Of a DNA stretch of 36,119 bases, positions 1 through 8,801 are shown in pieces (the first letter of the stretch is position 1; each line of letters opens with the position of its first letter). Source of the stretch: an uncultured Clostridia bacterium (GTDB lineage: Bacteria > Bacillota > Clostridia > Christensenellales > Pumilibacteraceae); NCBI GenBank assembly GCA_947090725.1, contig CAMUPJ010000001.1, positions 1 through 36,119 of the forward strand, given 5' to 3'. The position numbers and the translations under genes are program-made. The notes beneath the pieces are model-generated. The model saw only the letters and a program-made list of their open reading frames with translations. It was not told the DNA's origin and ran no database searches.

Positions 1-684
1 GACATACGTCATGGCCGCCGCTTTGAGAACCCTGCGCGACATCGCCGCCTCTTCGCTGGACAAAAAGCTTGCTTTCAGCTCCTTTTGCGCCCGACGGCTG
101 GCGTCCAGTTCGGTGGGAAGCGTGACGAGCGAGAACAACAAGCTCATGCCGAACAACGCCACGCCGATCCATACCAAGACGGTACCCAGCAAGGAGTACG
201 GCGAAACGAATCCGAACAGCATCCCGATCAACAGAATGGGAAAAAGCATACGGTTGCTGAGATTGACTACCGGTACCAACTTTATGCGCAACGACGAAAA
301 GAAATACTTTTTCGCATGTTGAATGGCATGGCCGGCTTCGTGACAGGCAACCCCGATAGCGCTGACGGACGTAGAGCCGTACACCGACTGCGAGAGCGAC
401 AACGTATTGGTACGCGGATTGAAATTGTCGGTCAGATGCCCTGCGATCGGTACAATCTGTACTTTGTACAATCCGTTCTGATCCAATACCCGACGAGCGA
501 CCTGCGCGGCGGTCAACCCGCAATCGGCACGCACGTTATACTTGCGAAAAGTGGAATCGACGCGATATTGCACAACGATTCCCACAATGGTAATGGGCAA
601 AAACAACAAGCCCACCAAAATATACAATCGGTATTCGGGACTGAAACTATGCCAGATCTCGGTGATCGAAGACAACAGCAACAT
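1..684 (-). CDS. Membrane zinc metallopeptidase, YugP/Zn_peptidase_2 family (3' end runs off the window)
   Basis: Not in the ORF track because there is no stop in the window. Manual translation from ATG 684: MLLLSSITEIW...GLTAAQVARRVLDQNGL...GHLTDNFNPR...SLSQSVYGSTSVSAIGVACHEAGHAIQH...VTLPTELDASRRA...LKAAAMTYV. HExxH and family motifs present; AGGAGG RBS at 695-700. Confidence 0.92.
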   Translation of the reverse strand, partial: MLLLSSITEIWHSFSPEYRLYILVGLLFLPITIVGIVVQYRVDSTFRKYNVRADCGLTAAQVARRVLDQNGLYKVQIVPIAGHLTDNFNPRTNTLSLSQSVYGSTSVSAIGVACHEAGHAIQHAKKYFFSSLRIKLVPVVNLSNRMLFPILLIGMLFGFVSPYSLLGTVLVWIGVALFGMSLLFSLVTLPTELDASRRAQKELKASFLSSEEAAMSRRVLKAAAMTYV

Positions 685-738
685 GCTTTCCTTTCCTCCT
701 GTACAATTCCCTTCGGCAAAACCGAAGGAATGTTTTAT

Positions 739-767
739 ATTATACCCGCATCCGCATGTTTTGTCAA
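739..767 (-). promoter_or_regulatory. sigmaA promoter of the peptidase gene
   Basis: TTGACA-17 bp-TATAAT, perfect consensus on the minus strand. Confidence 0.8.
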
Positions 768-803
768 CAGACGTCCCCGAAAATATGCCGCGTGCTTACG
801 GTT

Positions 804-1391
804 TTATGCGAAAAATTTCTTCATGATATGGAGAAACTCGCCCACTTCCGCTTCGTCGAGCGAAGCGATATAATCGTTCAGCTTGCGGTAATTGTCCGGC
901 TCGCTACCCGCCGCCACCGTCTCTTTGAGATAAGGGTTATAGTAATTCTGTCCGTTTGCCCCGAGACGACGCATGATCTCCGTCACCTTTTCGCGATGAT
1001 GCAGAATCATACTGCGGTATTTGTTCTGTAGCCGCAAAGCCTTCTTTGCATCGCCGTTCGCCATCGACGCAATGACTTTGCGCACGCTCACGCCCTGCGC
1101 CTTTCCCACCAATACCCGCTCGATAAGCGCATCGATCTCTTCGGCGCGGAAAAGCTCGAAGCGCTCGCGCGGCGACTCCATGATTTCGATTCCCAAATCG
1201 TCGGCAAGCCGCGGCAAGAGTTCGAACATTTTAAGCTGGCTGTAGTAATAGTTGCGTACGCTGTTCACACTGCGTCCCGTCTTTTCGCTCATGGCGGCAA
1301 ACGCCCACGCCAATCCGTGCCCGCCGTCTTTGGCTTCCCGCGCTAGCGTAAAAAGCGATTTGGTCTGTTCGATGGTCCAATGATTTTCCAT
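804..1391 (-). CDS. Hypothetical protein with two RsfA/Myb-SANT-like helical repeats, putative sporulation regulator (195 aa)
   Basis: Start MENHWTIEQ chosen from GGAGG at 1404-1408. WTxEQ...AFAAMSEKTGRSVNSVRNYY resembles the RsfA N-terminal domain; a second similar unit is FRAEEIDALIERVL...LRLQNKYRS. Family call by eye only. Confidence 0.6.
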   Translation of the reverse strand: MENHWTIEQTKSLFTLAREAKDGGHGLAWAFAAMSEKTGRSVNSVRNYYYSQLKMFELLPRLADDLGIEIMESPRERFELFRAEEIDALIERVLVGKAQGVSVRKVIASMANGDAKKALRLQNKYRSMILHHREKVTEIMRRLGANGQNYYNPYLKETVAAGSEPDNYRKLNDYIASLDEAEVGEFLHIMKKFFA

Positions 1392-1430
1392 AAATATTTC
1401 TGTCCTCCGATGATGATTCTTATATCCTGC

Positions 1431-1460
1431 AATCATTGCCACCCCAACCCGTTTTTATAC
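1431..1460 (-). promoter_or_regulatory. sigmaF-like promoter
   Basis: GTATA-15 bp-GGCAATGATT versus the sigmaF consensus GYATA-N15-GGnrAnAhTr. Confidence 0.55.
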
Positions 1461-1512
1461 CATGCCCCGCCTATATTTTTGCAATATCACGCACAATACC
1501 TCCTGTCCGACC

Positions 1513-1541
1513 GCATATTTTGACGAAACCGTGCATACTGT
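1513..1541 (+). promoter_or_regulatory. sigmaE-like promoter
   Basis: GCATATTT-13 bp-CATACTGT resembles the sigmaE -35 (kCATAtt) and -10 (CATAcaT) elements; ATG follows 7 nt later. Confidence 0.5.
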
Positions 1542-1548
1542 AAACTAT

Positions 1549-2094
1549 ATGGAATCGGTCTTACATATCGTATCTCCCCACAGCGTATTATTGCTCAACG
1601 GCTCTTTCGTGCAATCGGCCGCCGCCGTCCGCTACGAACAGAACGAGCCGCTCTTTGTTACCGTGTTGCCGCTCGACGCCACGTTCCTTTCCTACACGGT
1701 GGAGCTTCTCGGCGGAAAAGCGGTCTGTAACCAAAGCCTCGTCACCTGTTGCGATATGGGAGGCGGACATCACTATATAGAGCTTAAGCCCCGCTCGGCA
1801 TTCGTATATGCCCCCGGCATACCGCCCGTTGTCGAGTCCTCGGTCTCCGTCCCCGCACAACTGCTCCGATTCGTACGCGACGGAAATTTCGACGCGGCAA
1901 GATCGATGATGACGCAAAGCCTGCGCGATTCCCTTTCCGACGAAGCGCTTTCCGATTTTTTCGACGGCGTTTTCGCAGTGCGGGAAAACGTATACACGCC
2001 GCAAAAAGGATACCTGCTTCTCAAAACCGACGGCACGGCGACACAGTGCGTATTCGAAATGCACGGCGGATTGATCGAAAATGTTACCATGTAA
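1549..2094 (+). CDS. Hypothetical protein (181 aa)
   Basis: Open frame MESVLHIVSP...IENVTM with host-like codon usage. The C-terminal part (GNFDAARSMMTQSLRDSLSDEAL) is weakly reminiscent of NTF2-like/DUF3887 domains. No SD; start is uncertain. Confidence 0.7.
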   Translation: MESVLHIVSPHSVLLLNGSFVQSAAAVRYEQNEPLFVTVLPLDATFLSYTVELLGGKAVCNQSLVTCCDMGGGHHYIELKPRSAFVYAPGIPPVVESSVSVPAQLLRFVRDGNFDAARSMMTQSLRDSLSDEALSDFFDGVFAVRENVYTPQKGYLLLKTDGTATQCVFEMHGGLIENVTM

Positions 2095-2171
2095 TCCGCC
2101 CCGATCCGCAAGAATCCGCGCATACGCAAACAAACACAACCCCACAGGAACGCATAAAAAACAACAGTGAA

Positions 2172-2194
2172 CAGGCAGTGCAAACTGCCTTTTT
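2172..2194 (+). terminator. Probable intrinsic terminator
   Basis: AGGCAG-tgcaaa-CTGCCT followed by a T-run. Confidence 0.55.
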
Positions 2195-2197
2195 CAG

Positions 2198-2226
2198 TTG
2201 CCAAAGTTTGTTTCTTGTGTTACAAT
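2198..2226 (+). promoter_or_regulatory. sigmaA promoter of the rhamnulokinase gene
   Basis: TTGCCA-17 bp-TACAAT with a TG extension. Confidence 0.65.
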
Positions 2227-2346
2227 GAAACCGTACGAAGCGATCACGACACAACGCGGAAATGCGGGCGCAACCGCCCGCATTCGTTGTTCGCCGACAA
2301 TCTCAAATGTCTTGACACGCCGATACTTTATAAAGGAGTAATTACC

Positions 2347-3753
2347 ATGAAAAAAAGAGTTCTTGCACTGGACTACGGCGCCACCAGCGGACGCGCCATG
2401 CTCTGCAAATACGACGGCAGCAAAATCGAAATCGAAGAATTGCACCGTTTCGACAACAGTCCCGTCACCGTAGGGGGCGTACTGTACTGGGACGTTCTGC
2501 GCCTGTATCACGAACTGAAAACCGGCATCGTCAAAGCTAAACTTGCCGGCGGCTTCGACAGCATCGGCATCGATACCTGGGGCGTGGACTTCGCGCTCGT
2601 GGACAAAAACGGCAAAATGCTGGGAAATCCCGTACACTATCGCGATCACCGCACCGAACACATGCAGGAAGAAGTTTTCCGCACCGTAAGCAAGGAAGAA
2701 ATCTACGAGGCAACCGGCATTCAGTTCCTTGACTTCAATACGATTTATCAGCTTATGTACCTGAAGAACCACTGCCCCGACGAATACGAACGTGCCGATA
2801 AATTCATTATGATGCCCGATCTGTTCGCCTATTTCCTTACCGGCAAAGTGGGATGCGAACGTACCATTGCTTCCACCGGACAATTGGTAGACCCGCGCAC
2901 CGGCGATTGGGCATGGAAACTCATTGACAAACTGGGACTTCGTCGTTCCCTCTTCCCGAAAATCATGGACAGCGGCTCTACCTACGGCAATCTCAGCCCC
3001 GAAATCTGCGAAGAGCTGGGCGTCGATCCCGTTCCCGTCATTGCGGTATGCGGGCACGATACCGCTTCGGCCGTCGTCTCCGTTCCCTCGCAAGAGAAAA
3101 ATTTCGAGTACATCAGTTGCGGCACGTGGAGTCTTTTGGGCACCGAACTCGACAAACCGCTCTTTACCTCTCTCGACTATACCAACGAAATCGGCCATGA
3201 CCGCACCATACGGTATCTGAAAAATATCATGGGATTGTGGATCATCAACGAAAGCAAGCGTACCTGGGACAAACAGGGTATTTCCCTCTCGTACGCCGAG
3301 ATCGCGGCGCTGGCCGAAAAAGAGGAAGGCGGCAAATTCCTCTTCGACGTAAACGCCGACGAATTTATGTATACGGGCGATATGCCGGAAAAAGTGCGCC
3401 GGTGGTTCATCTCCCGCGGCAAACCCGCTCCCGAAGGCGTAGGACAGATCGCCCGCTCGATTTACGACAGCCTGGCCGATTATTACCGCGTCGCCACCGA
3501 AGGATTGGTGAAACTCACCGGCCCCAAGAGCGCCGTACATATGATCGGCGGAGGAATCAATGCCACGCTTTTGTGCCGTCTGACCGCCGAAGCGACCGGT
3601 TTACCCGTCTATGCGGGACCGAGCGAAGCAACCGTCATGGGCAATGCCGCCGTACAGCTCATTGCGCTCGGTGCGCTCAAAAACCTCGGCGATGCCCGCA
3701 AAGTCATTGCGAACAGCGTAGCGCTCAAAGAATATCTGCCCCAAGCAAAATAA
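2347..3753 (+). CDS. rhaB: Rhamnulokinase/fuculokinase-type FGGY carbohydrate kinase (468 aa)
   Basis: LALDYGATSGR, SIGIDTWGVDF, HYRD, GHDTASAV, ISCGTWSL, YLKNIMGLWI, GGG...GPSEATVMGN; AAGGAG RBS before ATG 2347. Exact substrate not determinable. Confidence 0.88.
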   Translation: MKKRVLALDYGATSGRAMLCKYDGSKIEIEELHRFDNSPVTVGGVLYWDVLRLYHELKTGIVKAKLAGGFDSIGIDTWGVDFALVDKNGKMLGNPVHYRDHRTEHMQEEVFRTVSKEEIYEATGIQFLDFNTIYQLMYLKNHCPDEYERADKFIMMPDLFAYFLTGKVGCERTIASTGQLVDPRTGDWAWKLIDKLGLRRSLFPKIMDSGSTYGNLSPEICEELGVDPVPVIAVCGHDTASAVVSVPSQEKNFEYISCGTWSLLGTELDKPLFTSLDYTNEIGHDRTIRYLKNIMGLWIINESKRTWDKQGISLSYAEIAALAEKEEGGKFLFDVNADEFMYTGDMPEKVRRWFISRGKPAPEGVGQIARSIYDSLADYYRVATEGLVKLTGPKSAVHMIGGGINATLLCRLTAEATGLPVYAGPSEATVMGNAAVQLIALGALKNLGDARKVIANSVALKEYLPQAK

Positions 3754-3775
3754 GCCGATCCGAACCGAATGCGAC

Positions 3776-3804
3776 AAAAGGAGCGAAATCTTCGCTCCTT
3801 TTTT
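3776..3804. terminator. Bidirectional intrinsic terminator
   Basis: AAAAGGAGCGAA-atc-TTCGCTCCTTTTTT between convergent genes. Confidence 0.8.
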
Positions 3805-3873
3805 ATTTACGCCTTTCGATTATTTCTTCCCTGCTTCAGATCGGCGGCTGACACGAAAGCGCGGCCTCGCCGC

Positions 3874-5046
3874 CTATTCGCGTTTTCCCGGCCAGATCAC
3901 AGACGACGCGGAATCGGCGGCCTCTTTCAGTGCGTCCGCCGCATTCACTCCTTTGCTTGCTTTGGTGAGGGCGGCAGGCAGAAATACGTCAAGCAACGAT
4001 TCATAACCGCACAAATCGGGCTGCGGTCGTGCCTGCGTAATATGCGGCGCCACTTCGCGATCTTCCGCCGTCAGCGGTTTTATGTCCTCACGTGCCGCAT
4101 ACGTTTTATAAAGCGCCGCCAGCTTCTCGGTGTTTTCCTGCAAAAATTCCAATACGCCGAACATGCGCGACTGCACCTTGGAATCGGGATTGGTGGCAAG
4201 CGCCACCGTTTGCAACCGCTCCAAACCGAATAGCGGCCCCAGCGCAATCTCCGTATCGGCATACTTTTCCGACGTTATTCTGCGTTCCATCGCCGTATAG
4301 ATCGAAAAAGCCGCCTCGCCTTCCCCTAAGGCATTCTCCCCGTTTGCCGAATTGCGGAAAATCTCCACACAATCGTCGAGCGCGTTTTTTCCCGCTTCCG
4401 ACACAAAGGCAAGTTCGGTGTTGCGTCCGTTGAGCATCTCTCCGCCGTAACTTTTGACGACCGCTTCGTAGAATAACGACTGCTTATGCGGCGACAGCTT
4501 TTCAAACGAGGCCACTCCCTTCTCTTCCAACGCGGCACACGTCTCCTTGAGCGCCTCTATTGTCTCGGGTACCGTAGAGACCAGCTCTCTGTTGCAAGCC
4601 AGCATATAGACGTCGACAAACATCGGTACGCCCCAGGTCTTTCCCTGATACAAGCACGCTCTGCGAGCGGCTTCGGACAGCTCGTCCGACTTTACTCTTC
4701 CGGTGCGTAACCGCGTGGAAAGATCGTTGATCATTTCCTTTTCGGCCAAATCCGGAATGGCGTCGGCATGCAACATAAATACGTCGGGGCCGTTCTTTTG
4801 CTTGAGCGCCGCCGCAACGCGCGTATCGATTTCTTCCACGGGCACAAACGATACGGTTGCTTCGCTGTCGTATCCTTCCACCAAAGCGCGTATTTCCTGC
4901 TCGGCGCCCATGCTCTGCGGCGCAATGAGCCACACGCGCGGCGACGTTTTCTCTTTTCGGTTGCAAGCCGACACCGAAAAAAGCGCCAACGCGCACAAAA
5001 CAACGCACATCACCATACATAAAATTCGGGCAATTGTCTTTTTCAT
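3874..5046 (-). CDS. ABC-type sugar-binding lipoprotein (extracellular solute-binding family 1, 390 aa)
   Basis: Signal peptide with lipobox VSAC; GPDVF, YQGKTWGVPMFVDVYMLACNRELV and a C-terminal 'ADALKEAA' helix typical of MalE-like SBPs. Confidence 0.8.
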   Translation of the reverse strand: MKKTIARILCMVMCVVLCALALFSVSACNRKEKTSPRVWLIAPQSMGAEQEIRALVEGYDSEATVSFVPVEEIDTRVAAALKQKNGPDVFMLHADAIPDLAEKEMINDLSTRLRTGRVKSDELSEAARRACLYQGKTWGVPMFVDVYMLACNRELVSTVPETIEALKETCAALEEKGVASFEKLSPHKQSLFYEAVVKSYGGEMLNGRNTELAFVSEAGKNALDDCVEIFRNSANGENALGEGEAAFSIYTAMERRITSEKYADTEIALGPLFGLERLQTVALATNPDSKVQSRMFGVLEFLQENTEKLAALYKTYAAREDIKPLTAEDREVAPHITQARPQPDLCGYESLLDVFLPAALTKASKGVNAADALKEAADSASSVIWPGKRE

Positions 5047-5138
5047 ACCGTTAGGTTGCGTTTTTTTGCGCCGTCGTATGCAATCGCCCCGGAGAATTCC
5101 CCGCAAGATCGTAGCAAGATTCGCCCCCCCCGCACCAA

Positions 5139-5173
5139 AGGAAAAAGAGACGGTCGTGCAAATCCGTCTCTTT
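5139..5173 (-). terminator. Terminator of the feo operon
   Basis: AAAGAGACGG-10 nt-CCGTCTCTTT with a T-rich tail on the minus strand. Confidence 0.7.
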
Positions 5174-5260
5174 CTCCAAAAAGTAAAGGTTTACGGTACG
5201 ACAGCGCCCGAAGCCGTATCAAACGGTTTTCTAAAGCGGCCGCCCGCAGAGGTATGGCTG

Positions 5261-5455
5261 TTATTCTTTTTTGCAATCGCGCGCATCTTTGGTTTGTGCG
5301 GATACGCAGTGCGGACAAGCTCCGCCGCATTCACTGCACGATCCGCCGCAATCGCATCCGCTCTTGCCCTTACACTTGCGCACTATCAACGCCGCAACCG
5401 CCGCAACAAACGCAACGCACACAATTACGAGAACGACAATTTCTCCCACGCTCAT
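5261..5455 (-). CDS. FeoB-associated Cys-rich membrane protein (64 aa)
   Basis: One TM helix followed by GCDCGGSCSECGGACPHC; ATGA overlap with the feoB stop. Confidence 0.88.
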   Translation of the reverse strand: MSVGEIVVLVIVCVAFVAAVAALIVRKCKGKSGCDCGGSCSECGGACPHCVSAQTKDARDCKKE

Positions 5456-7734
5456 GCGTTTGCCTCCCCGCGTGCGCTTTTGCGCTTACGGAATTTGAGT
5501 TTGCCGAGGTTGCGGAACACAACCAGCAACGTCACGGCCGCAACGACTGCCGCCCAAATGAACGCCGTCCACCACCAACTGCCGATGGTATAGACCGCCG
5601 CGCCGATCACGTAACTGCTTGCCAACCAGAACAGAAGCGTCCACTTAAAGGTGCCTTTCTTCAATTCGCCCTTTGCCGTTGCGCACGCCGCAAAGCAAGG
5701 AATGGTGGTCATATTGAATGCGATAAACGCGATAAGTCCGGGAATGGAAATGCCGGTAGCCGTAATCATCGCAACGGTGGCGGTGATTCCCTCTTCGTCG
5801 GCAAGCAATACGTCGGAAGTAACGCCGCCCACATTGGCGCCCAAAGCAATCAGGCATGCCCCCAGCGTACCGAACGTGGAAATCACGTTTTCTTTGGCAA
5901 CCAAACCGATGATCGCCGCAACCGCGAACACCCAGCCGTACGCACCGATTTGCGATCCGAAGCCAAGCGGCGTAAAGATCGGTTGCACAAGCTTACCGAC
6001 AGAAGCCAGTATAGACTCGTTCATCTGTTCGTCCGGCAGATAATGCCACGACCAGTTCAGATGCGAGAACAACCAGATCAGCACGGTAGAAGCAAAGATA
6101 ATGGTGAATGCCTTTTTCACAAAGTGCTTGGTCTTATCCCACAAGTGGAGCATCAGGTTCTTGAACCGCGGCCAGTGGTATGTAGGCAACTCCATAATAA
6201 ACGGAGGCGTTTCCCCTTTAAGCGTTGTATTGCGCATCAGGAGCACGCTGACAATCGCGGCAACAATCCCGAGCAGATACATCGCGTACGTAATGAGATC
6301 GGCATGGCCTACGCCGAAATACTGTACCACACCGCCCGCAATAGCGGTCAGAATGGGAAGCTTGGCGCCGCACGAGAAGAACGGGATTACGCGCACCGTA
6401 GCCGTGCGTTCTTTTTCATCCGCCAGCGTACGCGTGTTGATCATAGCGGGCACCGAGCAGCCGAAGCCCATGATCATGGGAAGGAACGCACGTCCCGAAA
6501 GTCCGAACCGACGGAAGATTCTGTCGAGTACGAAAGCGATACGGGCCATATAGCCGCTGTCCTCCAAAAGCGAGAACCACATAAAGAGCATAAGAATCTG
6601 CGGCAGGAAACCCAACACGGCAAACAAACCGCCCAGCACGCCGTCCGCAACGAGTCCCGAAAGCCATTCGGTGGGAATCGCACCGCCCACGGCATCCATT
6701 ATCGTTCCGAACAACGTATCGAATATGTTAAATAGGATCACACCCGGAGAAAACACCGCACCGTCGTAGAAGATACCCACAAACGTAGCCATGCCCTCGC
6801 TTAAGTTCAGATCGTCGAGCGCGGGAAGTCCTTTTCCGAGGCTCGCCCACGCGCCGATATACAGAAAATCTTCGGAAAACGTCACGTGGAAGATCGCAAA
6901 CATGATCACCAGGAAAATGGGAATCGCCCACACGCGGTGCGTAAGCACTTTGTCGATCTTGTCCGATTTGGTAAGCGTCTCTTTGCCGTTTTTGGTCTTT
7001 GCCACGGAAAGATTGGCGGAAATGTATTTGTAGCGTGCGTCGGCAATCGCCGCTTCGAGGTCTTCCTCTCCCGCCGCCTGCTCCAAAACCGCCGCCGCAT
7101 TTTTGCGCTTGAGTTCCAGCTCGTCACGCTCCAGAAGTTTCACCGCATGGAACAAGGGAGAAGCGACTTCTTCGGCTTCGTAATGCTCCCGTACTTTCCG
7201 GAGTTTATCGCCGAAATCTTCTTCCAGCACACTGTTGCCGCTACGTTTGGCAGGCAATGCCGCCGCGCGCGCCATAAGGTCTTTGATACCGGTACCCTTG
7301 AGAGCGGAAACCGCCACTACCGGCACGCCGAGACGTTCTTCCAGCGTTTTGGCGTCCACCTTGTCGCCTGCTTTTTCCACCTCGTCCATCATGTTGAGCG
7401 CCACGATAACGGGTACGTCCATCTCGAGCAGTTGCGTGGTTAAGTACAGATTGCGCTCCAGATTGGTCGCATCGACAATATTGATCACGCCGTACGGATT
7501 TTCATCCAATATGTAATTGCGCGAGATCACCTCTTCGGGCGTATACGGCGAAAGCGAATAAATGCCCGGCAAATCGATAATGGCAATATTCTCGCCGCTC
7601 TTTTTGTACACGCCTTCGCGTTTGTCTACCGTCACGCCCGGCCAGTTGCCCACATGCGCGGTAGCGCCCGTCAGCGCGTTGAAAAGCGTGGTTTTTCCGC
7701 AGTTGGGATTGCCGCAAAGTGCAAACGTTTTCAT
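5452..7734 (-). CDS. feoB: Ferrous iron transporter B (760 aa)
   Basis: GNPNCGKT, VGNWPGVTV, DLPGIYS, NMMD, EDSGYMAR, GFGCSVPA, PFIMELP, PCFAA. Confidence 0.98.
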   Translation of the reverse strand: MKTFALCGNPNCGKTTLFNALTGATAHVGNWPGVTVDKREGVYKKSGENIAIIDLPGIYSLSPYTPEEVISRNYILDENPYGVINIVDATNLERNLYLTTQLLEMDVPVIVALNMMDEVEKAGDKVDAKTLEERLGVPVVAVSALKGTGIKDLMARAAALPAKRSGNSVLEEDFGDKLRKVREHYEAEEVASPLFHAVKLLERDELELKRKNAAAVLEQAAGEEDLEAAIADARYKYISANLSVAKTKNGKETLTKSDKIDKVLTHRVWAIPIFLVIMFAIFHVTFSEDFLYIGAWASLGKGLPALDDLNLSEGMATFVGIFYDGAVFSPGVILFNIFDTLFGTIMDAVGGAIPTEWLSGLVADGVLGGLFAVLGFLPQILMLFMWFSLLEDSGYMARIAFVLDRIFRRFGLSGRAFLPMIMGFGCSVPAMINTRTLADEKERTATVRVIPFFSCGAKLPILTAIAGGVVQYFGVGHADLITYAMYLLGIVAAIVSVLLMRNTTLKGETPPFIMELPTYHWPRFKNLMLHLWDKTKHFVKKAFTIIFASTVLIWLFSHLNWSWHYLPDEQMNESILASVGKLVQPIFTPLGFGSQIGAYGWVFAVAAIIGLVAKENVISTFGTLGACLIALGANVGGVTSDVLLADEEGITATVAMITATGISIPGLIAFIAFNMTTIPCFAACATAKGELKKGTFKWTLLFWLASSYVIGAAVYTIGSWWWTAFIWAAVVAAVTLLVVFRNLGKLKFRKRKSARGEANA

Positions 7735-7958
7735 TGCTCCACCTCCACGCATGCCGCTTCCACTTTACGAAGCGTCAATTCATACCCCCGTAAAGTCACT
7801 TCGATGGGATCGCCGAGCGGGGCCTTTTTGCGCATACGAACCTCCGCACCGGGTGTGACCCCCATGTCGAACAGACGACGGCGAATTTTTCCTTCGCCCG
7901 TTACCGCCTTGATTTTACCGCTTTCTCCCACGGTGAAATCACTGAGTAGCTTACCCAT
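7731..7958 (-). CDS. feoA: Ferrous iron transport protein A
   Basis: RRRLFDMGVTPG...APLGDPIEV...LTLRK; AGGAGG RBS; overlaps the feoB start. Confidence 0.96.
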   Translation of the reverse strand: MGKLLSDFTVGESGKIKAVTGEGKIRRRLFDMGVTPGAEVRMRKKAPLGDPIEVTLRGYELTLRKVEAACVEVEQ

Positions 7959-8025
7959 GGTTCTTTATTTTTTCCTCCTGTAAATTTTATACGATTTCGA
8001 TTCCGACTATTCCGCCGAAGAGCCG

Positions 8026-8238
8026 TCAGGCTACTAAAATTTTACCTGCCAGATTCCGATCGATACACAGTCTTCCCTCTTTTACCACAACGATAACGTT
8101 TCCGCCCGCCGACGACAATAACGTCAGCGTGCTTCCTTCGCAGATTCCCAGTTCCATCAAATGTTTGCGTACCTTATCGTCGGCGCCGACTTTGCGTACT
8201 TTCAATTCCCGTCCGCAAGGCGCAATGGTGATCGGCAT
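8026..8238 (-). CDS. feoA: Ferrous iron transport protein A, second copy (70 aa)
   Basis: MPITIAP...HLMELGICEG...GNVIVVVKEGRLCIDRNLAGKILV; GGAGG at 8249-8253. Confidence 0.92.
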   Translation of the reverse strand: MPITIAPCGRELKVRKVGADDKVRKHLMELGICEGSTLTLLSSAGGNVIVVVKEGRLCIDRNLAGKILVA

Positions 8239-8253
8239 GATTTTATAGCCTCC

Positions 8254-8329
8254 GTTAACATTATTAACTTCGATTAACATTATACGACGCCATATCGTCT
8301 TTGTCAAGCAAAATGTTAATGTTGATTAA
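8254..8329 (-). promoter_or_regulatory. feo sigmaA promoter flanked by TTAA-N6-TTAA operator-like palindromes
   Basis: TTGACA (8307-8302)-17 bp-TATAAT (8284-8279); TTAActtcgaTTAA at 8264-8277 and TTAAtgttgaTTAA at 8316-8329. Confidence 0.8.
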
Positions 8330-8386
8330 AAAATTTTCGTAGAAAAATTTGTAGCTTTTCCCGCAAAAATATGGTATACTGAATAT

Positions 8387-8764
8387 ATGGAAATTCGGGA
8401 ACAAAAATTGACTGTTTCGGCAGAAGATTATTTGGAAGCGGCATTGCGGTTGGAACTGCGCGGAGAACGCATCAAAGTGACGAGTATTGCGGAACTTTTG
8501 GCGGTATCCAAACCCGCCGTTACCAATGCGCTGGAAGCGTTGGCCGCAAAAGGATATATGACCAAAGAGCCGTACGGCGATATCAATCTGACGGAAACGG
8601 GGCGCAAAGCCGCCGCGCACGTATACGACAAACACAAGTTATTACGCGGCTTTTTGCGCAAACTCGGTGTGAGCGAAGAAACGGCAGACATCGATTGCTG
8701 TAAGATCGAGCACGTACTGAGCGAAGAAACGCTGGATTGCATCCGACAATATATGCAAAAATAA
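8387..8764 (+). CDS. DtxR/MntR-family metal-dependent transcriptional regulator (125 aa)
   Basis: SAEDYLEA, IAELLAVSKPAVT (HTH), PYGDINLTETG, KH...DCCKIEHVLS; divergent from feo. Confidence 0.95.
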   Translation: MEIREQKLTVSAEDYLEAALRLELRGERIKVTSIAELLAVSKPAVTNALEALAAKGYMTKEPYGDINLTETGRKAAAHVYDKHKLLRGFLRKLGVSEETADIDCCKIEHVLSEETLDCIRQYMQK

Positions 8765-8795
8765 AAAAAGAACAACTTCGGTTGTTCTTTTTTTT
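8763..8795. terminator. Bidirectional intrinsic terminator
   Basis: AAAAAAAGAACAAC-TTCG-GTTGTTCTTTTTTT: 14-bp stem with a cUUCGg loop, between convergent genes. Confidence 0.9.
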
Positions 8796-8801
8796 ATTAT
8801 C

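Noticed and set aside
11-873. Plus-strand ORFs 11-322 and 85-873
   Set aside because: Shadows of the minus-strand Zn peptidase that the ORF track missed.
2167-2346. Upstream extensions given by the ORF track (rhaB, accA, fabG, acpP, hfsA, htpG and others)
   Set aside because: They overlap promoters or neighbouring genes; starts were moved to RBS-supported, family-consistent codons.
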